This document shows positions 38,187 through 47,540 of a stretch of DNA of 64,000 bases, piece after piece (position 1 is the stretch's first letter; each line of letters begins with the position of its first letter). The stretch covers positions 3,720 through 67,719 of the forward strand of contig DAHXKX010000100.1 of assembly GCA_027366165.1 (NCBI GenBank), in the 5' to 3' direction. A program made the translations under genes and the position numbers. The notes below the pieces were generated by a model. It was not told the DNA's origin and ran no database searches. It saw nothing but the letters and a program-made list of their open reading frames with translations. The stretch is from Actinomycetota bacterium (GTDB taxonomy: Bacteria; Actinomycetota; Acidimicrobiia; Acidimicrobiales; Acidimicrobiaceae).

Positions 38187-40172
38187 GTGAATCATCTAGC
38201 GAGTCAGTCAAGTCCTTATCTGGCGCAGCACAAGGATAATCCGGTTGATTGGTGGCCATGGTGCGATGAAGCCCTCCAACTGGCTCGCTCCAATGACATT
38301 CCAATCTTTCTCTCCGTCGGGTATGCCTCCTGCCATTGGTGTCACGTCATGGCTCACGAGTCCTTCGAAGACCACTCAACAGCGGAATATCTAAACAAAC
38401 ACTTCGTCTGCATCAAGGTTGACCGCGAGGAACGTCCAGACATCGATGCACTCTACATGGAAGCGGTCCAGGCAATGACTGGATCCGGCGGTTGGCCAAT
38501 GAGCGTGTTTCTAACTCCAGATGGCAGGCCTTTCTACGCCGGGACCTATTTTCCACCGCGTCAGACCGGTGGCATAGCCAGTTTCACTTCAGTGCTCAAT
38601 GCACTCATCGATGCCTGGAACAATCGGCGCGGCGAGGTTGAGGAACAGGCTGATCAGGTCATCAGAGCCATCGCGATGAGAACCAGGGTCGACAAAACCA
38701 ACTTTGGCATCGACATGGCCCGGAGCTCGGATTTCATCGAAGCTGCGGCGGTCAGAGTCTTGGAGAGCTACGACCCTGAATGGGGTGGATTCGGCTCGGC
38801 ACCCAAATTTCCGCAATCAACGCTTATCGAGGTCCTGTTTAACTATCACCGGAGATCGGGCTCTCCTCAGGCATTGGAAGCGGCAACGACAACGCTCGAC
38901 GCAATGTGCTCAGGCGGAATCTATGACCATATCGGCGGAGGATTTGCCCGCTATTCAGTGGACGAAACCTGGCTGGTGCCCCACTTTGAAAAGATGCTTA
39001 ACGACCAGGCTCAGCTTGCAAAGATTTACGCAGTTGGGTGGTCAATCACAGGAAATCCCAACTGGAAACAGGTGGTCACCGAGACAGTCGACTATGTATT
39101 ACGTGAGCTGCACCAACTTGACAGCGGACTTTATTCTAGTCAGGACGCCGACTCCGAAGGCGTGGAGGGGAAGTACTACCTCTTCAGCGTTGGCGAGCTT
39201 CGATCCATTCTTGGAAAAGATGCACAACAATTTATCGACCACTTCGGCGCTACTGAGAAAGGTAATTTCGAGGGATCCAACGTCTTGTTCCTACCAGCCA
39301 GAGGCGATCTTCTCCGCTCTTCCGAACTGGAGGCAGCCAGGCAAAAGGTATTCGACTACCGAAGCCAACGGATTCCACCTGGTCTTGACGACAAGGTCAT
39401 TCTGGAGTGGAACGCCATGTTCGTAGCTACTCTTGCCCAGATTGGATTCATGCTTGACAGGGAAGACTGGATAGCCAAGAGCGAGTCGTTGATGGAGTTT
39501 TTGGAACGCAATCTTCGTCATGACGGAAGATGGCAGCGAATTTGGCATCAGGGCAAGGTTTCCCAACCGGCATTCGCCTCAGATTACGCCCAAATGGTGG
39601 ACGCCTATACCAGGATATATGAGGCAACTGGTAAATCAAAATATCTTTCAAAGGCCGAAACCTGCGCCCGGCACTTGATAGACCTCTTCGAAGACAAGGA
39701 TCGCGGAGGATTCTTCACCGTCGGAAGCGACCAGGAACAGTTGATAGCTAGAACAAAAGACCTCTTTGACGGTGCTGCACCTTCCGCGAATTCGACTGCG
39801 GCTCGAAGTCTTGCCAGACTATCAAAGCTGACCGATGCTCAAGAATTCAAGACATCGGCCGCGGGTGTTATCCAGCTTTTGGCAGAAGGAGTCGCCCACC
39901 ACCCTGGAGCATTCTCCGTCCTTGTTCAAGCCATGTCCTTGCTGAACAACGACTCTCAAGAGATCGTCATCCCAGGAAATCTACCCCTATTTATTGAACA
40001 GCTGAAGGGCAGATGGTTCCCAGACGCGGTTGTAGCCTTCGGAGAAGCGTTCAATTCCCCGCTCTGGACCGGCCGCCAAGAAGGCTTTGCCTATGTTTGC
40101 CGCACTTTTAGCTGCCTTCAGCCAATCTCGCAACCATCCGACCTCGCAGATGCGCTAAATTCTCTGATCTAG
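38187..40172 (+). CDS. Thioredoxin-domain protein (DUF255/YyaL family, N-acylglucosamine-2-epimerase-like C-terminus)
   Basis: Carries SPYLAQHKDNPVDWWPW and GYASCHWCHVM. GTG at 38187 matches the usual N-terminus. The track ORF starts at 38169. Confidence 0.85.
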   Translation: MNHLASQSSPYLAQHKDNPVDWWPWCDEALQLARSNDIPIFLSVGYASCHWCHVMAHESFEDHSTAEYLNKHFVCIKVDREERPDIDALYMEAVQAMTGSGGWPMSVFLTPDGRPFYAGTYFPPRQTGGIASFTSVLNALIDAWNNRRGEVEEQADQVIRAIAMRTRVDKTNFGIDMARSSDFIEAAAVRVLESYDPEWGGFGSAPKFPQSTLIEVLFNYHRRSGSPQALEAATTTLDAMCSGGIYDHIGGGFARYSVDETWLVPHFEKMLNDQAQLAKIYAVGWSITGNPNWKQVVTETVDYVLRELHQLDSGLYSSQDADSEGVEGKYYLFSVGELRSILGKDAQQFIDHFGATEKGNFEGSNVLFLPARGDLLRSSELEAARQKVFDYRSQRIPPGLDDKVILEWNAMFVATLAQIGFMLDREDWIAKSESLMEFLERNLRHDGRWQRIWHQGKVSQPAFASDYAQMVDAYTRIYEATGKSKYLSKAETCARHLIDLFEDKDRGGFFTVGSDQEQLIARTKDLFDGAAPSANSTAARSLARLSKLTDAQEFKTSAAGVIQLLAEGVAHHPGAFSVLVQAMSLLNNDSQEIVIPGNLPLFIEQLKGRWFPDAVVAFGEAFNSPLWTGRQEGFAYVCRTFSCLQPISQPSDLADALNSLI

Positions 40173-40297
40173 ACATTTTTTGGATGGATCTCCAGTGAGA
40201 ATGGCAAACTCCTGGCCGCAACCACGGGAGTCTTCCCGGGTAGAGGACCATGAGCGAAAGCTGCGACAACTGGTTGAGTCAGAATTAAGGAAACGCC

Positions 40298-40537
40298 ATG
40301 AGTTGCCACCAGCACTACTATCAGCTATGCGCCACAGGAAAAGGTCTCAACACCCATTGGGTACCCGTGGAATTCAGTTCCGGCAAGGGTGCCGGTGAAA
40401 ACGAGGTATTGATGACCGCTAAGTTTCCTGGCGCCAGAGAGAAAAATCACAAGGGCATGGAGGCATCGATGGCCCTCACGGCGGCTGAAGGGACTATTCA
40501 CGAAAGTCAGCGGCCCCTTCAGGGAGCTGCGGCATGA
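40298..40537 (+). CDS. Possible 79-aa protein (unverified)
   Basis: The ATG is preceded by AAGGA 6 nt upstream. The sequence begins MSCHQHYYQLCATGKGLNTHWVPVEF... It overlaps an alternative 72-aa ORF (40180-40398), and I cannot decide between the two. Confidence 0.3.
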   Translation: MSCHQHYYQLCATGKGLNTHWVPVEFSSGKGAGENEVLMTAKFPGAREKNHKGMEASMALTAAEGTIHESQRPLQGAAA

Positions 40538-40589
40538 ACCGTCTGCAAAATACTGAATTCCCCGGTACTACCTACAGGAAGTACCGTCA

Positions 40590-41369
40590 ATGAGTGCGAT
40601 TAGGCCAAGCTTCGGAGAAAACACCTCTCTAGAAATCATCGTTCTTGCATATTACGCCAATGAAATATTTGGGGTAGACCAACAGAGCAGAGCCTTTGTC
40701 CGCTTTGAAATTGAGTCACAGGAGTTTTCCCATTTGACTTTCAATCCCTTTGCGCTTTGGGAAGTCCGTCTCAGCAGAGAACCCGGTCCAAGCGACCCCA
40801 GTAGACCTGAGCTGATTGAAGTGACTGAAATCACTCCGTTGGGTCAGATACACAAAAAGCGGACAATATCACAGCTAGGAAAAGAGTGCTCGAGTCCAAG
40901 CTCGATTCCCATTCTTGGATTCAACGGCCCCTCGATCTCGTACAGTCAACTCAGCGGGCGATCGCCTTCAGTCACGATCATCGAACTAAAAAAACGCCAG
41001 GCGATACGCAGGAACAGCTATGGGGAGATCACCGTCAGCTTCCCGTGGGGCCAAATCATCGCCTCGGTCCCTATCGGCAATGAGGCTGAATCGCAGATCT
41101 TCCAGAAGACTGAGCGGTCACTTAACAGTGACAAGGAAATCGCCTCGGTTATAGGCTTCCGGCCAAAGTACGTTGTGGTGGGTCTTGCCAAACCAAGAGC
41201 CGGCTACTGCCGAAAGATGGCCGTGGGTCTCCTGCCCGAAAAAATCTCCAGAAAGACCGCCAAGGCACTTAGAGCCATGCAACTTGAATCGGCCTCTCTC
41301 GAGAGAAGTGGTGGTGACCAGGACCCGAAGCCGCTTATCAGCGACTTTGGAGACGAACCTGACAGGTAG
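40590..41369 (+). CDS. Hypothetical protein
   Basis: 259 aa with AGGAAG 10 nt upstream of the ATG. I recognised no motif. Confidence 0.6.
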   Translation: MSAIRPSFGENTSLEIIVLAYYANEIFGVDQQSRAFVRFEIESQEFSHLTFNPFALWEVRLSREPGPSDPSRPELIEVTEITPLGQIHKKRTISQLGKECSSPSSIPILGFNGPSISYSQLSGRSPSVTIIELKKRQAIRRNSYGEITVSFPWGQIIASVPIGNEAESQIFQKTERSLNSDKEIASVIGFRPKYVVVGLAKPRAGYCRKMAVGLLPEKISRKTAKALRAMQLESASLERSGGDQDPKPLISDFGDEPDR

Positions 41370-41380
41370 GGCCAGATGTA

Positions 41381-42241
41381 TCAGGGGTGAGTGGAAACAT
41401 GGCTTAGAGGCATCTCCCCCTGCGGCTTCTTGAGATCCTTCAATCCAAAGTACATGGCCAATCCAGCCGAAATGAACACCACAGGTACGGCAAGGAAAAA
41501 GCCCACGTCAATCTTGGAAAGGTTTGGAATGTGTATCGCAGTTGCGATACCAAGGCTTGAAAGCCAAACTGGAAAGATAAATCCAATTATCCCAACTATT
41601 GTGAAGGCCAAACCAGAAGCCAGAAGAGTCGTGGAGCTGACCTTGATGGCAAATTTCGCCTTGTCGCGTTCGCTAACGTGAATTCTTTCAATGAACGCTC
41701 CAAAGATGCTCCCAATGAGCATCTGGGTCACCATTGTCCCAAGGCCGAACAGGGCTCCGGGAACCCATGCAACGTAGCCGTTGGGCATTGAAGGCGACAG
41801 GACTCCGTACAGGATGATGGCGAACGCGCCAATACCCCAACCTGCAATGAATCCGTGGATCATTGGCATCACGGTTACCGCACGCGAATGCTTTTCGATA
41901 CTGGAATAGCTACCCTTCGCAACCTTTCTTTTCATGTAAAGGGCGGAAACAATCATGACCAACCCTATCGCCGCATAGAGGGTGAACCCTTGCCTGGCAT
42001 CCGCCAGAATAGCGTTGATGGCAAAATACGCAATCTCGGATCCGATGGCCCTTTGAAGTATGAACGTCAACGAGAATCTGAATCCAGCCTTTCGGCCACC
42101 CTTTGAGGAGTATGAACCTATGGAATACGAAAACGTAATAGGCCAAGTGTGTTCGTCCGGGGTTATTCCGTGCAGCAGCCCCAGCCCAAATGCGATCAGC
42201 AGCGCGAGTTCCCAGACAACGGTATGAGTCGGAAACATCAC
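41381..42241 (-). CDS. Metal-ion transporter, NicO/RcnA/UreH-like (putative Ni/Co)
   Basis: A polytopic 286-aa protein. The first TM helix carries GLLHGITPDEHTWP, reminiscent of the HxxxPGHGK / Hx4DH metal motifs. It is co-transcribed (4-nt overlap) with a Fur-family gene behind a Nur-box-like site. Confidence 0.5.
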   Translation of the reverse strand: MMFPTHTVVWELALLIAFGLGLLHGITPDEHTWPITFSYSIGSYSSKGGRKAGFRFSLTFILQRAIGSEIAYFAINAILADARQGFTLYAAIGLVMIVSALYMKRKVAKGSYSSIEKHSRAVTVMPMIHGFIAGWGIGAFAIILYGVLSPSMPNGYVAWVPGALFGLGTMVTQMLIGSIFGAFIERIHVSERDKAKFAIKVSSTTLLASGLAFTIVGIIGFIFPVWLSSLGIATAIHIPNLSKIDVGFFLAVPVVFISAGLAMYFGLKDLKKPQGEMPLSHVSTHP

Positions 42242-42639
42242 CCCTCCTCCAGGGTGCTACAACGCTGACATACGCCTGATCCTGAGAAGAAGTGGCTCTT
42301 GACAAGGAACCCAGTCACAGACTGGATCGCCTTTTTCAACTCGTCTCCAAGCACACAGTCGAGTGACACGAACTGTCCACACACCTCACACTTCAGATGC
42401 TCATGGTGGCCGTCATTTTTCTCAAAAACAACTTTGTCCGATTCCGATGCAAGCTTCCTTAAAAATCCGTCCTCCGCAAGTTGGTTCAGAGCGCGAAACA
42501 CCGACGAATAAGTGACATCCCAACCTCTCCCACTCAGTTCACAATGAAGCTGGTCAATTGTCCACTCGTGATAATCAAGGTCATCGATCAGGTCGATCAA
42601 CTTCTCTTTGGTTTTAGCCGGTCTTGCCATAATGTTCAC
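42238..42639 (-). CDS. Fur family transcriptional regulator (Nur/Zur-like)
   Basis: A winged-helix N-terminus is followed by HHEHLKCEVCG...CQRC metal sites. Length is 133 aa, and the start is more likely ATG at 42630. Confidence 0.85.
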   Translation of the reverse strand: MNIMARPAKTKEKLIDLIDDLDYHEWTIDQLHCELSGRGWDVTYSSVFRALNQLAEDGFLRKLASESDKVVFEKNDGHHEHLKCEVCGQFVSLDCVLGDELKKAIQSVTGFLVKSHFFSGSGVCQRCSTLEEG

Positions 42640-42644
42640 CTATT

Positions 42645-42661
42645 TTGCAATCTATTTGCAT
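42645..42661 (-). promoter_or_regulatory. Nur-box-like operator TTGCAA-N5-TTGCAT
   Basis: The site reads ttgcaa tctat ttgcat and lies 6-30 nt upstream of the fur-like start. A third TTGCAA is at 42680-42685. It matches the published Streptomyces Nur box tTGCaa-N5-ttGCAA. Confidence 0.55.
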
Positions 42662-42815
42662 AATAATAACGCAACCGATTTGCAAAACATTCCATAAAAT
42701 GGATTTTTTTAGACATCTGGTGAAATCGGAATTTCCAAGGCCCTTGGATATGTTGGCAGTTGCGACTTTACGCAGAACTATAGCGCCAATACACCCAATG
42801 GAATTTTGACCAGGT

Positions 42816-43253
42816 TCAACGAGTCAGGCGCAAAAAGAAGCGGGCTACGCGAAAGAGAATGACAATTAGCACAACGTCGAGAAACATCCTCACCGGCAGC
42901 AGAATCAAAGAAGTCATCAAGCCGGATAACGCGCCCAATAAAATCAGACCCGTGATGCCAACTACCACCGGAATCATCAGTCCCAGTCCACTCCGGTGTC
43001 TTCCAACGCTTGCCGAAACAACTTGCACCTCGCTACGACGCACCTTTTGCCAGGGCTTGTAAGTATCAATGCATGGCAACTCCCGCAAACATCTCCGCAG
43101 ATCGCCATAAGTCTTTGATACAAACACTTCACTTACCCGTTCGGAAAGCTCCTCCATGGTGAGGCGTCCCTCCGCGGCAGCCTCCCGCAGTAGATTCGTG
43201 ACATCGGCGCGATCTTCATCGGATGCACGAGTACCCATCCATGCTTTGTCCAT
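42816..43253 (-). CDS. DUF1707 (SHOCT-like) domain membrane protein
   Basis: The N-terminus RASDEDRADVTNLLREAAAEGRLTMEELSERV is typical of DUF1707. Two C-terminal TM helices follow. Confidence 0.75.
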   Translation of the reverse strand: MDKAWMGTRASDEDRADVTNLLREAAAEGRLTMEELSERVSEVFVSKTYGDLRRCLRELPCIDTYKPWQKVRRSEVQVVSASVGRHRSGLGLMIPVVVGITGLILLGALSGLMTSLILLPVRMFLDVVLIVILFRVARFFLRLTR

Positions 43254-43443
43254 AGACCTATCATTTCACCTTTGGCCTCAAAATGATATATCACTTGGCA
43301 GATTCAGTAGGCTCGGTCGATCCGTGTCGGCACGGACCGTCTCATCTGGGGAAAATACAGGCCAACTCGCCGCACAAGTGGCGGCCGAGGCCATCGCCCG
43401 GAAAAACGTGAAATAGCTCCTGTTATCCAAAGTGCAGCCATCC

Positions 43444-45357
43444 CTACGCCACATCACCAAATTTAGAAAGCACCGACGTAGTCCTAGGATCAAGTTCCAC
43501 GCTCATCTCCACCACAGCGCCTACGGCCAGTTCTGGATAAGTCTCACCTAAGTCTAGCTCTATGTTCAACTCCCTTTTTGAACCAAAGACAGCTGTAGTG
43601 TAGGTCCCAAAATCTATAGTGTCCAATATCAAACAAACCGCTTTCATGGTGACATGACCATCACTTATATCAAAATCTACGCCCAGTTCAACACCTTCAG
43701 ACCTCACCTCCCAGGCGACAATCCTGTGCCCGGAACTCTTGAACACAATCGATGCTCCACTATCCGACTCGTGGTTTGCGGCATCCCCGAGTTCAAATCC
43801 GCCCGAAGTCCGTTGCACCAGTGGGAGAATATTCTCATAGCCAAGAATTTGGGCGACCTCGACAGTGCCCGGATCCTTCAGTAGATCTCCGACGCTTCCC
43901 CGCGCCATGACTCTCCCCTTGTCTATAATGGCCAGCGACTCCGACAGATAGGCCGCCTCGGTGATATCGTGGGTGACTACAACGAGATAGAGGTTCAGCT
44001 CCATCACCAAACCGCGGATGAAACGGATTTGACGATCCCGTTCAAAGCGGTCCAGCGCGCTAAAGGGCTCATCCAGAATGAGCAGATCCGGACTCGACAC
44101 GAGTGCCCGCGCAAGAGCGACTCTCTGGCGTTGTCCGCCTGAAAGCGTGGAGACGCTCCTACTGAGTAGCGCCATAATCCCAACTTGATCAGCTACCGCC
44201 AGCACGCGCCTCTCTATATCACGGCGATCCCTGATTCCACCCGCCCAGCGAGCCGACGTGGCCATCTGAGCATAGACATCGAGATGGTCAAAAAGCCCCT
44301 GACCCTGAGGTACCAAGGCGATCTTCGGACGCTCCACGCCTCCCAGTTCTAGGCGCTTCAAAAAGGTCGGCAGAAGTCCAGCAAGGCTGCGCAGTGTCAT
44401 TGACTTTCCAGCCCCGGAAGGACCAGTGATAGACAACGAGCGACCAGTGGACAACACCTGTACAGCGAGGTCGAACTCACCAATGCGACCACTGACTTCG
44501 AATTCAATTACCTCATCACCCCTCCTGGCCGGGATGGTCCTTGCAACAGTGGCGTCCTCATTTGCTTCCCCTCTCCGATCGCTGATTCCCAGAATCAGCT
44601 TCGATGGAGTGACCAACCTGCCAATGACTGCGACGGCAGCGGTGGAAACAATCAGAACGGTCGCGACTGGAAGGACCGCAGAGCTGAGTCCAGTTCCCGA
44701 AAATTGACTAAAGATGAGTACCGGAAGTGAAGTCGGGTGATATGCCACCAGGACGGTTGCGCCGAACTCGCCGAAAGCCCGCAGCCAACCCATCATTACC
44801 GCAGTTCTGACAGTCTTGATTGAAAGGGGCAACTCAACCCCGACGATCCTGCGCCAATTCGGTATTTCCAATAAAAAAGAGACCTCAAAGACTTCTGAAG
44901 GTAGCGCGGAAAATGCCGATCGGGTGCCTTCTATCACGAATGGCATCTCCACGAACAGCTGTGCCAGCACGATTGCAGCCATCGAGCTGACCAATCTACC
45001 TCCAAACAGTCTGCCAATAGTCGAGTATGGACCAAATGCGATCAGCAACATAATCCCCGAGACCAAAGGAGGAATTCCCAACGGAAGCCGAATCAGCAAC
45101 CTTGCAGTTCTTGAGACTCGGGAGTCATTGTGCGCGAGATAACTTGCTAAAGGAATCCCGAAAACAACAAGGACAACTGTGGTTATAGTTGCGGTAGCTG
45201 CTGAAATGTATGCGGCGGATAGGACTCCCGGCGTGCTACCGACGCCATGGTAAACTACATAGACTGCCAGGCCTACAAATGGAATGGCCAGGTAGACCAC
45301 CAGCCAGCTCCCAAAAAAGCCCGGACCGCTTCTTCGCAAGACGCTTTTACGGGGCAT
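43444..45357 (-). CDS. Fused ABC transporter permease/ATP-binding protein with TOBE-like tail (molybdate/tungstate type)
   Basis: The N-terminal ~260 aa is a ModB/CysT-like permease. It is followed by GPSGAGKS (Walker A), LSGGQRQRVALARAL and LILDEPFSALD, and then a ~130-aa beta-rich tail. Confidence 0.8.
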   Translation of the reverse strand: MPRKSVLRRSGPGFFGSWLVVYLAIPFVGLAVYVVYHGVGSTPGVLSAAYISAATATITTVVLVVFGIPLASYLAHNDSRVSRTARLLIRLPLGIPPLVSGIMLLIAFGPYSTIGRLFGGRLVSSMAAIVLAQLFVEMPFVIEGTRSAFSALPSEVFEVSFLLEIPNWRRIVGVELPLSIKTVRTAVMMGWLRAFGEFGATVLVAYHPTSLPVLIFSQFSGTGLSSAVLPVATVLIVSTAAVAVIGRLVTPSKLILGISDRRGEANEDATVARTIPARRGDEVIEFEVSGRIGEFDLAVQVLSTGRSLSITGPSGAGKSMTLRSLAGLLPTFLKRLELGGVERPKIALVPQGQGLFDHLDVYAQMATSARWAGGIRDRRDIERRVLAVADQVGIMALLSRSVSTLSGGQRQRVALARALVSSPDLLILDEPFSALDRFERDRQIRFIRGLVMELNLYLVVVTHDITEAAYLSESLAIIDKGRVMARGSVGDLLKDPGTVEVAQILGYENILPLVQRTSGGFELGDAANHESDSGASIVFKSSGHRIVAWEVRSEGVELGVDFDISDGHVTMKAVCLILDTIDFGTYTTAVFGSKRELNIELDLGETYPELAVGAVVEMSVELDPRTTSVLSKFGDVA

Positions 45358-45506
45358 AGGTCGGCTGCAATTCTTCCCTGTCCGCGCATTGTCGGTGTCG
45401 CGATGTGCTGGAACTCCCTGTCAGCGCCGCGGCAGCAGATCTGGTCGGCATATTCGCCCTATCTGAACTCAATCTGAGAGAACCCCCCTGGAAATTGGCG
45501 CAGTGG

Positions 45507-46445
45507 TTAGAACTTCACACCTGCCGGAACCCCAGTCCCGTGCACGCTTGGCTTTTCCGGCATCAGGCCCACCGATTTCATCAACTGCTGGCCATGCGAC
45601 GAATATAGAAAATTGACAAAGGACACCGCTCCCCTTACGTTCTTGGCATTATTGAGTATTGAAATCGTAAATGCCGCCCCAACGGGAATTCCAGTCTGGA
45701 TAAAAGGTATCTTTGCCAGCTTGGCCTCATTCTCATAAAAGAAGCCTGCATCAAGCTGACCCGACTCAAGCCTACCGACAAGAGTTTCTTCGGGAAATAT
45801 CTGTGAAGTGTTCTCTACCGAACCCAGGATCTGCTTGAACAATGAGGGATCACCAACTTTGGCTCCTTCATCATTTACGAGCGTATCGGTAAGAACCCCT
45901 TTGGGGTCCAGCTTTGGATCCGTCCGGCCTAGCAGAAAACCCGGCTCCTGCATAACCTTGTACCAGTTTCCGCTGTTCAACTGTGACGCAAACCTTGAGT
46001 TTGGATTGTATCCAATGACAAGAGGCGACGACGCCAGATCCGAATACCAAGAGACATAGTTTCCATTGGCGGCGCCAGACAAAGAACTGTTTACCGAAGG
46101 AACTGCCGAAAGAAAAAGATCGGCCTGGCGAAGCTTTTCCTTGATCTGGTTCGCCAAGGCAACGGAACCCCCTGGATAACCACTGATCCTGTATCCCGAA
46201 CTCTTTAGAAAAGCCGGGGCGATCACGTTTGTCATGGCCCCGACCAGCGAGGCTGCGTACGACAAGGTCACTGTGCCATCCACGGGAGCACCAGAGGCGG
46301 CGGAAACCGCTGAAGTAGACCCAGATGATCCGCATCCAGCGCAGACTCCAGCGATGATGAATCCAGAAACCACTACCTTAAAATTCTGCCTGGTAAAAGC
46401 CCAAGCACCAACAGTAGACAACTCTTCTCCAATCTCAATCGACAA
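45507..46445 (-). CDS. Periplasmic-type solute-binding lipoprotein (ModA/WtpA-like)
   Basis: The lipobox is IIAGVCAGCGSS. It is an SBP fold of ~300 aa, located directly upstream of the fused transporter. Confidence 0.65.
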   Translation of the reverse strand: MSIEIGEELSTVGAWAFTRQNFKVVVSGFIIAGVCAGCGSSGSTSAVSAASGAPVDGTVTLSYAASLVGAMTNVIAPAFLKSSGYRISGYPGGSVALANQIKEKLRQADLFLSAVPSVNSSLSGAANGNYVSWYSDLASSPLVIGYNPNSRFASQLNSGNWYKVMQEPGFLLGRTDPKLDPKGVLTDTLVNDEGAKVGDPSLFKQILGSVENTSQIFPEETLVGRLESGQLDAGFFYENEAKLAKIPFIQTGIPVGAAFTISILNNAKNVRGAVSFVNFLYSSHGQQLMKSVGLMPEKPSVHGTGVPAGVKF

Positions 46446-46448
46446 CGA

Positions 46449-47483
46449 TCAACTCACTAAGAGGTAGCCCCCCAGTGCGGCCACCTCCCTGGCAAACGTT
46501 GCTGAAGCTATAAGATCGAACAGTCCACCGGCAACGGCAAGGTCGTAACCATCCTTTGAAAACACCAGTGACGACTGATGAGCGCCAACAGGGATATGTC
46601 CAAGTCCCTGACTTTGCGCAATCGAAACGGGTACTACACCCGCGTCACACAGTCCAAGCCCGACAGCCGCGGCCACCTGATAGTGATCGTGAAAGGTTTT
46701 GGGGGCGACAAGCCCAGCTTTGTCAGAGCTCAATTGTGCAAGAGCGCGATCCAGAAAATGCCTGACTCCTGAACCTTCCTCCCGCCAGGCAAACTTGACG
46801 TCCTCCCTGACCACGTCCGCCAACGACAAGATCATTTTCGGATTACCGGGAGAATAACAAAGAGCGAGTTCCCACTGTCCGAAAGGCACGACAATGACAT
46901 CGGATTCGCCTATTCCATCTATAATTTCATCCGCCTCGCCATGGACCAATGCACAGTGAGTCAAGCGGCTTGTCAGCTTCTCCATCGAATCCTTGTTAGA
47001 ACCATAAAACCACCGGACCCTGAAACCGTTTGAACTCTCTGCGCTACGAGTAGATATGATCCCCAGGGCTGGATCACATCCGTCCATAAAAAGTCCCGAC
47101 CTGCCAAGCTCGCACTCAACATCAAAATTGGAGCCATCCCACCGAACTATGGCGTCGGCTGGAACGACAGCCGAGCCAAAACCAGCCGACAACGACTGCC
47201 TGATGACAGTCTCCCCTTTGATCTCGGCTAAACATGCCCTAAATACTCCCGGTACATGATTTTGAACATCCACACGATATGCCGCACTTGGTTCACCAGG
47301 AAAAAGTTCTGTCACCTCGATTCCAAGTGCTTTGGCAATAGAGATGGCGAGATACACCTTTGGAACCTGCTCACCCGCCTCAATCGCGTAAAGCGACTGT
47401 CGGGAAACTCCGACCACCTCCGCAAGCTGCGAAAGTGAAATCCCTCTCCTCAGCCTGTATTGAGCGATTTTGTTGCTTCCCAT
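46449..47483 (-). CDS. XRE-family HTH regulator with C-terminal PBP-like (molybdate-binding-type) domain
   Basis: The HTH is YRLRRGISLSQLAEVVGVSRQSLYAIEAGEQ. The C-terminal ~260 aa resembles the PBP-like domain of putative molybdenum-responsive regulators. ATG at 47483 is the likely start. The track ORF starts at 47585. Confidence 0.7.
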   Translation of the reverse strand: MGSNKIAQYRLRRGISLSQLAEVVGVSRQSLYAIEAGEQVPKVYLAISIAKALGIEVTELFPGEPSAAYRVDVQNHVPGVFRACLAEIKGETVIRQSLSAGFGSAVVPADAIVRWDGSNFDVECELGRSGLFMDGCDPALGIISTRSAESSNGFRVRWFYGSNKDSMEKLTSRLTHCALVHGEADEIIDGIGESDVIVVPFGQWELALCYSPGNPKMILSLADVVREDVKFAWREEGSGVRHFLDRALAQLSSDKAGLVAPKTFHDHYQVAAAVGLGLCDAGVVPVSIAQSQGLGHIPVGAHQSSLVFSKDGYDLAVAGGLFDLIASATFAREVAALGGYLLVS

Positions 47484-47505
47484 AGAACATCCCAACTCCG
47501 TAGAA

Positions 47506-47540
47506 GTATGTAAAGTATACATACTTTTTGACATGTATAC
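47506..47540 (-). promoter_or_regulatory. Overlapping inverted repeats of a GTATACA-like heptamer (candidate operator of the XRE-PBP regulator)
   Basis: gtatgta (47506-12) pairs with tacatac (47518-24). gtatacat (47515-22) pairs with atgtatac (47533-40). The repeats lie 23-57 nt upstream of the proposed start. Confidence 0.45.
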
